A DNA stretch of 64,000 bases from Bacillota bacterium (GTDB lineage: Bacteria; Bacillota_I; Bacilli_A; RF39; UBA660), in the NCBI GenBank assembly GCA_015059335.1, contig SVAP01000001.1:130413-194412 (forward strand), written 5' to 3'. Positions 17,524 through 26,718 of this stretch are shown piece by piece. A program made the translations under genes and the position numbers. The notes beneath the pieces are model-generated. The model made no database searches and had not been told where the DNA came from. It saw only the letters and a list, made by a program, of their open reading frames with translations. How positions within the stretch are numbered: position 1 is the stretch's first letter; the number at the start of each line of letters is the position of its first letter.

Positions 17524-17567
17524 CTCCAAAACCGTTAATGTGGGTTCGACTCCTGCTACCCCTGCCA
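17524..17567 (+). pseudogene. 3' portion of tRNA-Trp(CCA), from anticodon loop to CCA end (att-associated remnant)
   Basis: CTCCAAA loop, ACCGT, variable TAAT, T-arm GTGGG-TTCGACT-CCTGC, acceptor TACCCCT, G, CCA. The upstream sequence cannot pair with the anticodon or acceptor 3' strands. Confidence 0.55.
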
Positions 17568-17605
17568 TTTGCATTTCTGTTCGAACTTTTTAAAAAATCG
17601 AACTT

Positions 17606-17637
17606 TAATATAAAGGAATCCAATCTTTAGAAAGGTT
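17606..17637 (+). terminator. intrinsic terminator after the tRNA remnant
   Basis: AATCCAA / TTGGATT stem plus T-run. Confidence 0.55.
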
Positions 17638-17648
17638 GGATTTTTTAT

Positions 17649-17924
17649 ATGCTAAATTTTAAGAAAGAAAAAGTTAATATTGATGACAAACTAAAACAAA
17701 GAATAGACTTTATATGCAAATTTTGTGGATTTAAGCCTACTTTTGAATCTGGGAATATAATTAGTCTAGATAAAACCAATTTGTATTATATTGAGCCAAA
17801 TAAAGCCATTATAAAAGATATTTTAATTTTATTCTTTAATTATTCTAATGAAGTCTATATAAATAACTTAAATAACAAAGTTTTGCTAAAAGATTTAGAA
17901 GATTATCTTAAAAAATTGTCGTAA
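17649..17924 (+). CDS. small conserved protein paired with the serine recombinase (homologue of 54971..55255)
   Basis: KTNLYYIEPNKAII and LKDLEDYLKKL match KTNLQFVEPTEYII and LKELKSILQKL of the second module. Confidence 0.55.
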   Translation: MLNFKKEKVNIDDKLKQRIDFICKFCGFKPTFESGNIISLDKTNLYYIEPNKAIIKDILILFFNYSNEVYINNLNNKVLLKDLEDYLKKLS

Positions 17925-17926
17925 TA

Positions 17927-17955
17927 TTGACTTATCTAAAAATAATAAGTAAAAT
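17927..17955 (+). promoter_or_regulatory. promoter TTGACT-17-TAAAAT for the recombinase leader
   Basis: Same TTGACTTAT start and 17-nt spacing as the promoter at 55252. Confidence 0.5.
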
Positions 17956-18007
17956 TAAATTAGATAAAGATAGCAGTATCGTCTTTTTCTGAAAGAATGG
18001 ATACTTC

Positions 18008-18044
18008 ATGTCTAAAATTACTTTTTTACAAAATTTATTTTATA

Positions 18045-18055
<11 letters not shown>
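18008..18055 (+). CDS. candidate leader peptide (15 aa) ending in the terminator 5' arm
   Basis: ATG TCT AAA .. AAG AGT CAA TAA; the last codons form the AGAGTCAA arm. Weak SD. An alternative 27-codon frame from 17997 stops at TGA 18078. Confidence 0.3.
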
Positions 18056-20015
<1,960 letters not shown>

Positions 20016-20140
20016 AAAAATAGTAAATATTTATAAAGCAGGATAAAGGGAATGATATCACTACTACTATAAAATCCTTATAAAATAAGGAAATAGTATG
20101 ATATCATTTCACTTTTTGCACTTGCAAAAAACTCCAAAAT

Positions 20141-20381
20141 TAATGGAGAATTTCCTCCATAATCTTGTTTAACTCTTTAGTTATAAAGATTAACTGGATT
20201 TACATTTCCTCCATAATTCTAAAAACTTAAGAAAAGTTATGGATGATTTATGGAGGAAAAAAACACCAAAATTTTATTTATCATCCATATTTCTTCCATT
20301 ACTTTTTTGCTTCTACCCTAGAAATAATTTCCTTCTAGGGTAGAAAAAAAGTTCCTTCCACCCTAGAAAAAAACTTCTACC
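20141..20381 (+). repeat. cluster of direct/inverted CCTCCATAA-type repeats plus a perfect 13-bp inverted repeat
   Basis: TTTCCTCCATAAT at 20151 and 20205; inverted TTATGGAGGAAA at 20248 and TTATGGATGAT at 20237; ATCATCCATAT at 20280. TTCTACCCTAGAA (20311) and TTCTAGGGTAGAA (20333) form the inverted repeat, with partial copies at 20360-20381. Confidence 0.7.
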
Positions 20382-20593
20382 ATAATATAATAAATATAAT
20401 ATAATAAATTAATATAACAAGAGTATTGTAAAACTGAAATTTCATCAATTGTAAGTCAAAAATTAAATATAATTGATGAAGACTAATTTTTAAATAATGA
20501 ATTGTGAAAATTGAACCTTTTTATGTTTTTTGATAAATTCTAAAGAATTTTTGATTAAAACAATTCTATTTAAGCAATATTCATTTAATGTTA

Positions 20594-20622
20594 TTGAAAA
20601 AAAAAGAGTTTTAATATATAAT
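20594..20622 (+). promoter_or_regulatory. promoter TTGAAA-17-TATAAT for the island-1 cargo operon
   Basis: Hexamers at 20594-20599 and 20617-20622. Confidence 0.5.
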
Positions 20623-20663
20623 AATTATCACATTTTAAAAGAACTTTACTTGGAGGAGATATT

Positions 20664-21893
20664 ATGTTAAATGAAATGAAAACGGATTTAGAAAAAGAAT
20701 TTTCTGAAATCGGTGATTATTGTAATGAATGTGAAAATAAACAAAAGGTATTACAAGCAAATACAACTGCTTCAAAATTTACTAAAACAGGTACTATAGG
20801 AGTGGTTTCTTTACTTCCAACTATCGTAGCTGGTGTTAGTATAATAGCACCTATTAGTTCAGCATTTACATTGCCATTAACAGCATCATTAGGTGTAGCT
20901 TTTGCATCAAGTGTTGCTATAGGATATGCAGGTCAAGCCATAATTACAGCTAGAGCAAAAAAGAAAATGAAAGAATTTACAGATGCAAAAACAAATGCAG
21001 ACATATTAGAAGAAATGATGCACTATGAAATGGAAATAGACAAATCTGAAAACAAGCAAGAAGCATTACGAAAAATGTATAAAAGCATTGAAAGTAGACA
21101 ACAAATATTAAGTGATTATTCTAGTGAATTTTATCAAATAGATAAATATGCTGACTTGACTACTGAAACTTTGAAGGAAAGACAAGAAATGTTAACTAGA
21201 GCATATAATGAAAGAATGGAACAATTAGATGTTTTAACTTCACAAGCATATTTAAAAAATAAAGTTAAATTAAATAGAAAAAAGAGACACAGAATAGAAA
21301 ATATTATATCATATGCTTTGATGATGAGTTTTCCATTTTGTTTGTTAATTGGTATGCCATTATCAATTGAATTAATGAGAAATACAACATTAGAAACTAT
21401 GGCTGAATTTGGAAAACTTATGGCATTATGTTTTAGTCCCACACTAGTAGTTGCTCCTTTATCAATACCTTTTTTTGCAAAAAACAATAATGATTTTATG
21501 AATGCCTTTAATAATTTAAATAAATCATTAGGAGAAAATGCCTTATCTGAAAAGCCAAATGTAGAATATGAAGATGAATTAAAATATATGATTTCTACAA
21601 AAATTGGTGAAATTGTTGAATTGGGTATGGAATTAAAAGAAGTTGGTTATGCTATTGAAAAAAGAAGTGTAGAAACTGCAACTGAAAGCAAAGACAAATC
21701 AAAAGAAAAAACAGACAGTATACTAGATAATTTAGGAAGAAAAAGTGTTGAGAATATAATTAATGATACTACACCTTTTCCAGATGCGGTATATAGACCT
21801 AATTATTATACTCATACAACAATGGAGGAAGAAGTACAAGAAAAGGGACCTAGTTTAGTAAAAAAAAGAATTCCCCCAAAAAACAATAAGTAA
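20664..21893 (+). CDS. hypothetical membrane protein with two TM hairpins separated by a coiled-coil
   Basis: 409-aa ORF behind GGAGGAG; hydrophobic blocks near residues 45-95 and 215-275; no family recognised. Confidence 0.55.
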   Translation: MLNEMKTDLEKEFSEIGDYCNECENKQKVLQANTTASKFTKTGTIGVVSLLPTIVAGVSIIAPISSAFTLPLTASLGVAFASSVAIGYAGQAIITARAKKKMKEFTDAKTNADILEEMMHYEMEIDKSENKQEALRKMYKSIESRQQILSDYSSEFYQIDKYADLTTETLKERQEMLTRAYNERMEQLDVLTSQAYLKNKVKLNRKKRHRIENIISYALMMSFPFCLLIGMPLSIELMRNTTLETMAEFGKLMALCFSPTLVVAPLSIPFFAKNNNDFMNAFNNLNKSLGENALSEKPNVEYEDELKYMISTKIGEIVELGMELKEVGYAIEKRSVETATESKDKSKEKTDSILDNLGRKSVENIINDTTPFPDAVYRPNYYTHTTMEEEVQEKGPSLVKKRIPPKNNK

Positions 21894-21986
21894 TAAATAC
21901 TAGATGAAAATAAAATTTTATGGTATGATGTTAATAGAGATTGGATTTATTCAATTCTAATTTTTAGAAATTGAGTTGAATATATA

Positions 21987-22069
21987 CGCCAGTGGCGTGC
22001 CATTGAGATTTAGTCGAACTAATATGTTCGTTAATATGAGACTTGGTGCGAAAATATCAAGTTTTTTTT
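21987..22069 (+). repeat. structured repeat element copy A (palindrome, hairpin TCGAAC-N6-GTTCG, terminator hairpin plus T-run)
   Basis: CGTGCCATTGAGATTTAGTCGAACTAATATGTTCGTTAATATGAGACTTGGTGCGAAAATATCAAGTTTTTTT is near-identical to copy B. Confidence 0.65.
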
Positions 22070-22089
22070 ATAAATTTTAGGAGGGTTTT

Positions 22090-22563
22090 ATGGAAAATAA
22101 TATAGATAAATATAAATTATCTAATATGAGAAAAATTTTAATATGGCTTGAAAATTATGAGTTTGGTGAACCGATAATGGACTCAATAAGGTTTGCTAGA
22201 TATGATGCAATGGATCAATTTGCTTCTAATATTGTGGCTTGTAATGATAAAGATTTTTCTGATGAACAAGATTTTTTGTTTACTTTATCAATGAATCCAA
22301 CTACTGAAAATCAATTAAAAATGTACTTGTTAAAACAAAAAAAGTTAATTTTAAAACATATATCAACAAGAGGACATTATATGGGGTCACATCTTTATCA
22401 ACTATATCTTCAATTTTTATTTTGTGAATTGAATGACGAAGAAAAAAAGATTTTTCTAGAAAATTATATTGAAATGGTAAAAGATTTACGCGGAGAAAAT
22501 ATAGCTAATCAAAAAAATAATCGTTTGGAAAAAACATTATGTATAAATAGTAGAAAGGTGTAA
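22090..22563 (+). CDS. hypothetical protein
   Basis: 157-aa ORF behind TAGGAGGG; no motif recognised. Confidence 0.5.
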   Translation: MENNIDKYKLSNMRKILIWLENYEFGEPIMDSIRFARYDAMDQFASNIVACNDKDFSDEQDFLFTLSMNPTTENQLKMYLLKQKKLILKHISTRGHYMGSHLYQLYLQFLFCELNDEEKKIFLENYIEMVKDLRGENIANQKNNRLEKTLCINSRKV

Positions 22564-22593
22564 AAACAAGAAATTGGAAATTGCCTTTAAAAT

Positions 22594-22665
22594 CGTGCCA
22601 TTGAGATTTAGTCGAACCAATGTGTTCGTTAAGATAAACTTGGTATGATAGTATCAAGTTTTTTT
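22594..22665 (+). repeat. structured repeat element copy B
   Basis: CGTGCCATTGAGATTTAGTCGAACCAATGTGTTCGTTAAGATAAACTTGGTATGATAGTATCAAGTTTTTTT. Confidence 0.65.
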
Positions 22666-22687
22666 ATAAATTATATAGGTGATTTAA

Positions 22688-23086
22688 ATGAGAAAAAAAT
22701 TACATAATATACTGATAGAAAATTATACTTTACATTTGGTTATTGGGGAAGATATTCCTAATAATGCACCAAAAGAGTTTCATATAGTTAAATTGTATGT
22801 TCGTGATAAGGATAATAATTTAAAATTATATGAGGATATTTCTTTACCATATTTAATCAATCATTCAGAATTTTTAGATATCGAAGATGATCCAAGATAT
22901 TTCTTTAAAGAAGGATATGATCCTGAAACAAATGGCTGTAAATATATATGTGAAATAAAACCATTTGGAACTATGAAAGGTGTATATCGAATTCTTAATG
23001 GTCAACCAATAAAGATTGGAAATATAGAACCATTATGTAAATTTGAAAACAATGTAAAGACACATACATTATCAAAGAAAAAATAA
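22688..23086 (+). CDS. hypothetical protein
   Basis: 132-aa ORF behind AGGTGA; no motif recognised. Confidence 0.5.
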   Translation: MRKKLHNILIENYTLHLVIGEDIPNNAPKEFHIVKLYVRDKDNNLKLYEDISLPYLINHSEFLDIEDDPRYFFKEGYDPETNGCKYICEIKPFGTMKGVYRILNGQPIKIGNIEPLCKFENNVKTHTLSKKK

Positions 23087-23120
23087 GAAATATATATAAA
23101 TAAAATTTAGAAATCGGTTT

Positions 23121-23176
23121 AATCGTGGTGTCAAATTGATATCAAACTCGAACACTATTATGTTTGCGTTTTTTAA
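23121..23176 (+). repeat. structured repeat element copy C (diverged, first hairpin directly followed by T-run)
   Basis: AATCGTGGTG..CTCGAACACTATTATGTTTGCGTTTTTT shares the AATCGTG start and the TCGAAC hairpin with A and B. Confidence 0.45.
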
Positions 23177-23230
23177 TAAAAAAAACTATCGCCACTTTCA
23201 TTGTTTATGTATGAAAATGTGCGATTGTTT

Positions 23231-23992
23231 TTATTTTTTAAGCAATTTTTTATGTTCTTTATTTTTGTGTAATACTTCATGTATATCAATTTTACCTGTC
23301 ATAAAATTTTTAAAAATTTCCTTATCTAACTCTACAAATTTATAGACCTTATCAGTTTCCGTCCAACATACCTCTGGACAAATTGAATAAAGTTCATATA
23401 TTTTGCTATCTTGATTCATATAAGATTTTGAAAGATTATATTTTATTATAGAACCATTTTGTATATACCAGTTTTTTTCTAATGAAAAATTATTGTTAAA
23501 ATTATCATCGTTATAAACAATATTACTATCCTTATAAGGATAAGTATCATAATTATATTCTTTTTCTAACTTTGATTCATAAATTAAAATATTTTGATAA
23601 TTGTAAATTTTTTCAAGTTCGTTTATTCTAAACTCGTTGTTATTATTATATGTAAAAACATCCGTTGTTTCTTTTTTGTAAACACTAGTATTTCCGCCTT
23701 TTATTCTCTTTTGTGCTATATTAGTAATTTTTCTATTACTCCATTCAGAATAATTACAAATCAAATTATTATCAATAATTTTAATTTCTAAAAATTCTTT
23801 TGCTGGTGTAGCACGATTTAAATCATTTTTATTAATATATGTTCCATACAAATCATTATTATCAAAATGTATTTTGCCATAATATAAATAAAAGTTTATT
23901 TTTTCTATGATCTGTTCCTTTATTTCTGAATCGATTAATAATTCATTTAACTTTGATATAAAGCATTTGCTTTTTTTGTTTTTTTTCATCAA
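23231..23992 (-). CDS. hypothetical protein (Asn/Tyr-rich)
   Basis: 253-aa ORF with AGGAGG SD, convergent with the cargo operon. Confidence 0.5.
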   Translation of the reverse strand: MMKKNKKSKCFISKLNELLIDSEIKEQIIEKINFYLYYGKIHFDNNDLYGTYINKNDLNRATPAKEFLEIKIIDNNLICNYSEWSNRKITNIAQKRIKGGNTSVYKKETTDVFTYNNNNEFRINELEKIYNYQNILIYESKLEKEYNYDTYPYKDSNIVYNDDNFNNNFSLEKNWYIQNGSIIKYNLSKSYMNQDSKIYELYSICPEVCWTETDKVYKFVELDKEIFKNFMTGKIDIHEVLHKNKEHKKLLKK

Positions 23993-24102
23993 AATCCTCC
24001 TGCCTTTATAATTGATATATTAACATAAAAAGCTCAATTTGTAAACATTGGTATAGTATTATATACTAAATATGTTATAATTAAGATGAATGGAGGGTAT
24101 TT

Positions 24103-24384
24103 ATGCAATATTCAGAAGAATTTAAACAAAAAGTATTATTAGCTGTTGGTGATAGCAAAGAAATGAAAAAACTACTCGATGAAGGAAAAGAAATTGTTGG
24201 TAGAATTTTAGAAGATGCTAGACTTGTTGGTGTTTCTGCAAAAGAAATAGTTTCCGCTTGTGAAAGTATGAATTTGCAAGGTGTTTATCAAAAAGCAAAA
24301 AAACAATTAGCGATTGAAGAATTATACGAAGAATGGAAAAATAAAAAGTGTTATAAACAAGATAATCCAGGAATACATAGATAA
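24103..24384 (+). CDS. hypothetical small protein
   Basis: 93-aa ORF behind GGAGGG; terminator AAATGATAC/GTATCATTT downstream. Confidence 0.5.
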   Translation: MQYSEEFKQKVLLAVGDSKEMKKLLDEGKEIVGRILEDARLVGVSAKEIVSACESMNLQGVYQKAKKQLAIEELYEEWKNKKCYKQDNPGIHR

Positions 24385-24498
24385 AAGAGTTATATAAAAT
24401 ATTTTTTAAATGATACGAAAGTATCATTTTTTATTGTTTAAATTATCAAACACGTTATAAAAATACATTGTTTTTATTATAATAAAAATGGTGATAAC

Positions 24499-24975
24499 AT
24501 GAAAAATATTATAGAAATAACTTTAAATAATAAAAAAGAGTATTTAAACAAATACAATAATAATAGAATATCTAAAGAGTTAAACGATTATATATTAGAA
24601 GAATGTAAAACAATAGAATTAAATAATGATATTGAATTACACATAGATGTTAAGTTTAAAATAAACGACAACGAAAAACATAAATTATTAGATATGATAA
24701 GAGAAAATTACGGTTCTTCAATACGTGAGATTGAAATTCTATTAAAAAAAATATATTTATTAAATATACTAATGATATTATCAGGAACAGTGTTCTTAAT
24801 GTTTTATTTCATTAGTTCAAACATTCCAGTGATATCAGAATTCATATTAATAATAGGATGGATACTAATTTGGGAAGGTATATATAATATACTATATCAA
24901 AGCTTTAAAAATGCAATAAATATAAAAAGAAGAAAAAAGCTAACAAATTGTAAAATAATATTTAATAATAAATAA
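24499..24975 (+). CDS. hypothetical membrane protein
   Basis: 158-aa ORF with two C-terminal TM helices. Confidence 0.5.
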   Translation: MKNIIEITLNNKKEYLNKYNNNRISKELNDYILEECKTIELNNDIELHIDVKFKINDNEKHKLLDMIRENYGSSIREIEILLKKIYLLNILMILSGTVFLMFYFISSNIPVISEFILIIGWILIWEGIYNILYQSFKNAINIKRRKKLTNCKIIFNNK

Positions 24976-25071
24976 AATACTTGAAAAACAAAAATAAAAC
25001 ATGTATAATATGCAATATTAATTTTAAAACGACGTAGTTCGTTTTTTTACATTTAAAAAGGGGAAGTACTT

Positions 25072-26691
25072 ATGAGCAAAATTTTTATATTTGGACACAA
25101 AAAACCGGATACAGATTCTGTTATGGCAAGTATATCGCTATCATATTTAAAAAACCAATTAGGAGAAAATACAAAGGCTTATGTTTTAGGTGATTTAAAT
25201 GAAGAATCAAAATTCGCACTAAACTATTTCAATGTTAAAGAACCTAAATATCTTAATGATGTAAAACTACAAATAAAAGATGTTAATTATCATAAAAACT
25301 GTGTTGGTGATCAACATAATTCAATTTATGATAGCTATAATTATATGACAAAAAATGAAATAACAGGATTACCAATAGTTAATAATGATAAAAAATTTAT
25401 TGGTATGGTATCTATCAAAGATATCGCAAAAGAATTGATAAAAGGTGATTTTGATTATTTAAAAACCTCATATAAAAATATAATCAAAACTATTGAGGGA
25501 CAAGAAATTTTAAAATTTGATGATGAAATATCTGGAAATATTCTAGTTGCTTCATATAGAAGTACATCATTTATAGAAAATGTAGAATTAAATCAAAATA
25601 CAATACTTATAGTTGGCGATAGACATAGTATTATTGAATATGCAGTAAACTCCGGAATTAAACTTATAATATTAACAAATAGTGGGTATATCAAGGATGA
25701 ACATTTAGAAATAGCACGTAAAAATAAAGTAAATATAATAAAAACTAATTTTAATACTTTTCATGTATCAAAAACTATTGCTTTATGTAATTATATTAAT
25801 ACAATAATAACAAATAAGGATATAATTTGCTTTGATGAAAATGATTATTTAAATGATTTTATCGAAATTTCAAATAAAGTAAAACATACTAATTATCCTA
25901 TAGTAGATAAACAAAATAAATGTTTGGGACTATTAAGATTATCAGATATATCAGAAAAAAGCAAAAAGAAAATAATATTAGTAGATCATAATGAACCAGA
26001 ACAAAGTGTTGATGGGATTGATGAAGCAGAAATACTAGAAGTAATAGATCACCATAAAATCGGAAACATAAATACTAACACTCCAATAAATTTTAGAAAT
26101 ATGGCTGTTGGAAGTACTAATACAATTATTTATCAATTATATCAAGAAAAAAATATTGATATTCCAAAAGATATAGCAGGATTAATGTTATCTGGAATAT
26201 TATCTGATACATTACTATTAAACTCTCCAACAACGACTAACAAGGATAGGATAACAGTAGAAAAATTAAGTGCACTTTTAAATATTGATTATAAAAAATA
26301 TGGTATTGAAATGTTAAAAGCGGGAACAACATTGGAAGGTAAAACAAAAGAAGAAATATTATATAATGACTTTAAAGTATTTAATATTGAAAATAAAAAG
26401 ATAGGTATAGGTCAAATATTTACTATGAACCCTAATGAAATATTAAATGAAATAGATGATTATATAAAATTAATTGAAACAATAACAAAAAATAAAAATT
26501 ATTATATTATAGGATTATTTATTACTGATATTTTAACTAATGGTTCATATATAATTTATAATAATTCTTCAAAAAGTATTTTAGAAAATTCATTCAATAT
26601 TGATGTTTTAAAACAAGGTCAATATATAAAAGGATGCATTTCTAGAAAAAAACAAATTATCCCTAATATTATTGATGAAATAGAAAAATAA
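25072..26691 (+). CDS. ppaC: family II (DHH) inorganic pyrophosphatase with CBS-domain insertion
   Basis: GHKKPDTDS, DHNE and DHHKIG DHH/DHHA2 motifs, with CBS-like repeats between them. Confidence 0.8.
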   Translation: MSKIFIFGHKKPDTDSVMASISLSYLKNQLGENTKAYVLGDLNEESKFALNYFNVKEPKYLNDVKLQIKDVNYHKNCVGDQHNSIYDSYNYMTKNEITGLPIVNNDKKFIGMVSIKDIAKELIKGDFDYLKTSYKNIIKTIEGQEILKFDDEISGNILVASYRSTSFIENVELNQNTILIVGDRHSIIEYAVNSGIKLIILTNSGYIKDEHLEIARKNKVNIIKTNFNTFHVSKTIALCNYINTIITNKDIICFDENDYLNDFIEISNKVKHTNYPIVDKQNKCLGLLRLSDISEKSKKKIILVDHNEPEQSVDGIDEAEILEVIDHHKIGNINTNTPINFRNMAVGSTNTIIYQLYQEKNIDIPKDIAGLMLSGILSDTLLLNSPTTTNKDRITVEKLSALLNIDYKKYGIEMLKAGTTLEGKTKEEILYNDFKVFNIENKKIGIGQIFTMNPNEILNEIDDYIKLIETITKNKNYYIIGLFITDILTNGSYIIYNNSSKSILENSFNIDVLKQGQYIKGCISRKKQIIPNIIDEIEK

Positions 26692-26718
26692 AACTTCAAA
26701 TGTGAAGTTTTATTTTTT
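26689..26718. terminator. bidirectional terminator between ppaC and feoB
   Basis: AAACTTCA / TGAAGTTT stem flanked by A- and T-runs. Confidence 0.6.

Larger units (their letters stand above)
1..17567 (+). mobile_element. Right-hand portion of an integrative conjugative element; left end lies outside the window, right end at a tRNA-Trp 3' remnant
   Basis: Co-directional VirB4 tail, M23 hydrolase, MobC-like/relaxase pair, VirD4-type coupling protein, ArdC-like, excisionase-like and tyrosine integrase genes. These are followed by tandem repeats and a partial tRNA. Confidence 0.75.

Noticed and set aside
17490-17567. A complete tRNA-Trp gene placed correctly behind the consensus promoter
   Set aside because: The 3' half folds perfectly. 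However, CTCGA (17519-17523) cannot pair with ACCGT, and no AGGGGTA-type 5' acceptor strand exists at the right distance. Only a D-arm-like resemblance (TAGCTTTTAGTGAACA) is present, so it is kept as a remnant rather than a tRNA.
20141-20381. Repeat cluster as a CRISPR array
   Set aside because: The repeats are short (11-13 nt), in mixed orientation, irregularly spaced, and lack uniform spacers or cas genes.
22014-22031. TCGAAC-N6-GTTCG hairpins as LexA (Cheo) boxes
   Set aside because: The Cheo box is GAAC-N4-GTTC, whereas the spacing here is 6 nt. The SOS gene uvrA in this window has no such site upstream.
21987-23176. Repeat elements A-C as integron attC sites
   Set aside because: There is no IntI-type integrase, no RYYYAAC/GTTRRRY core sites, and each copy ends in a hairpin plus T-run, which points to RNA-level function.
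23136-23345. 69-aa plus-strand ORF at 23136
   Set aside because: It spans repeat element C, a terminator and the 3' end of the convergent gene 23231..23992. It is Cys/Phe-rich nonsense with no SD.
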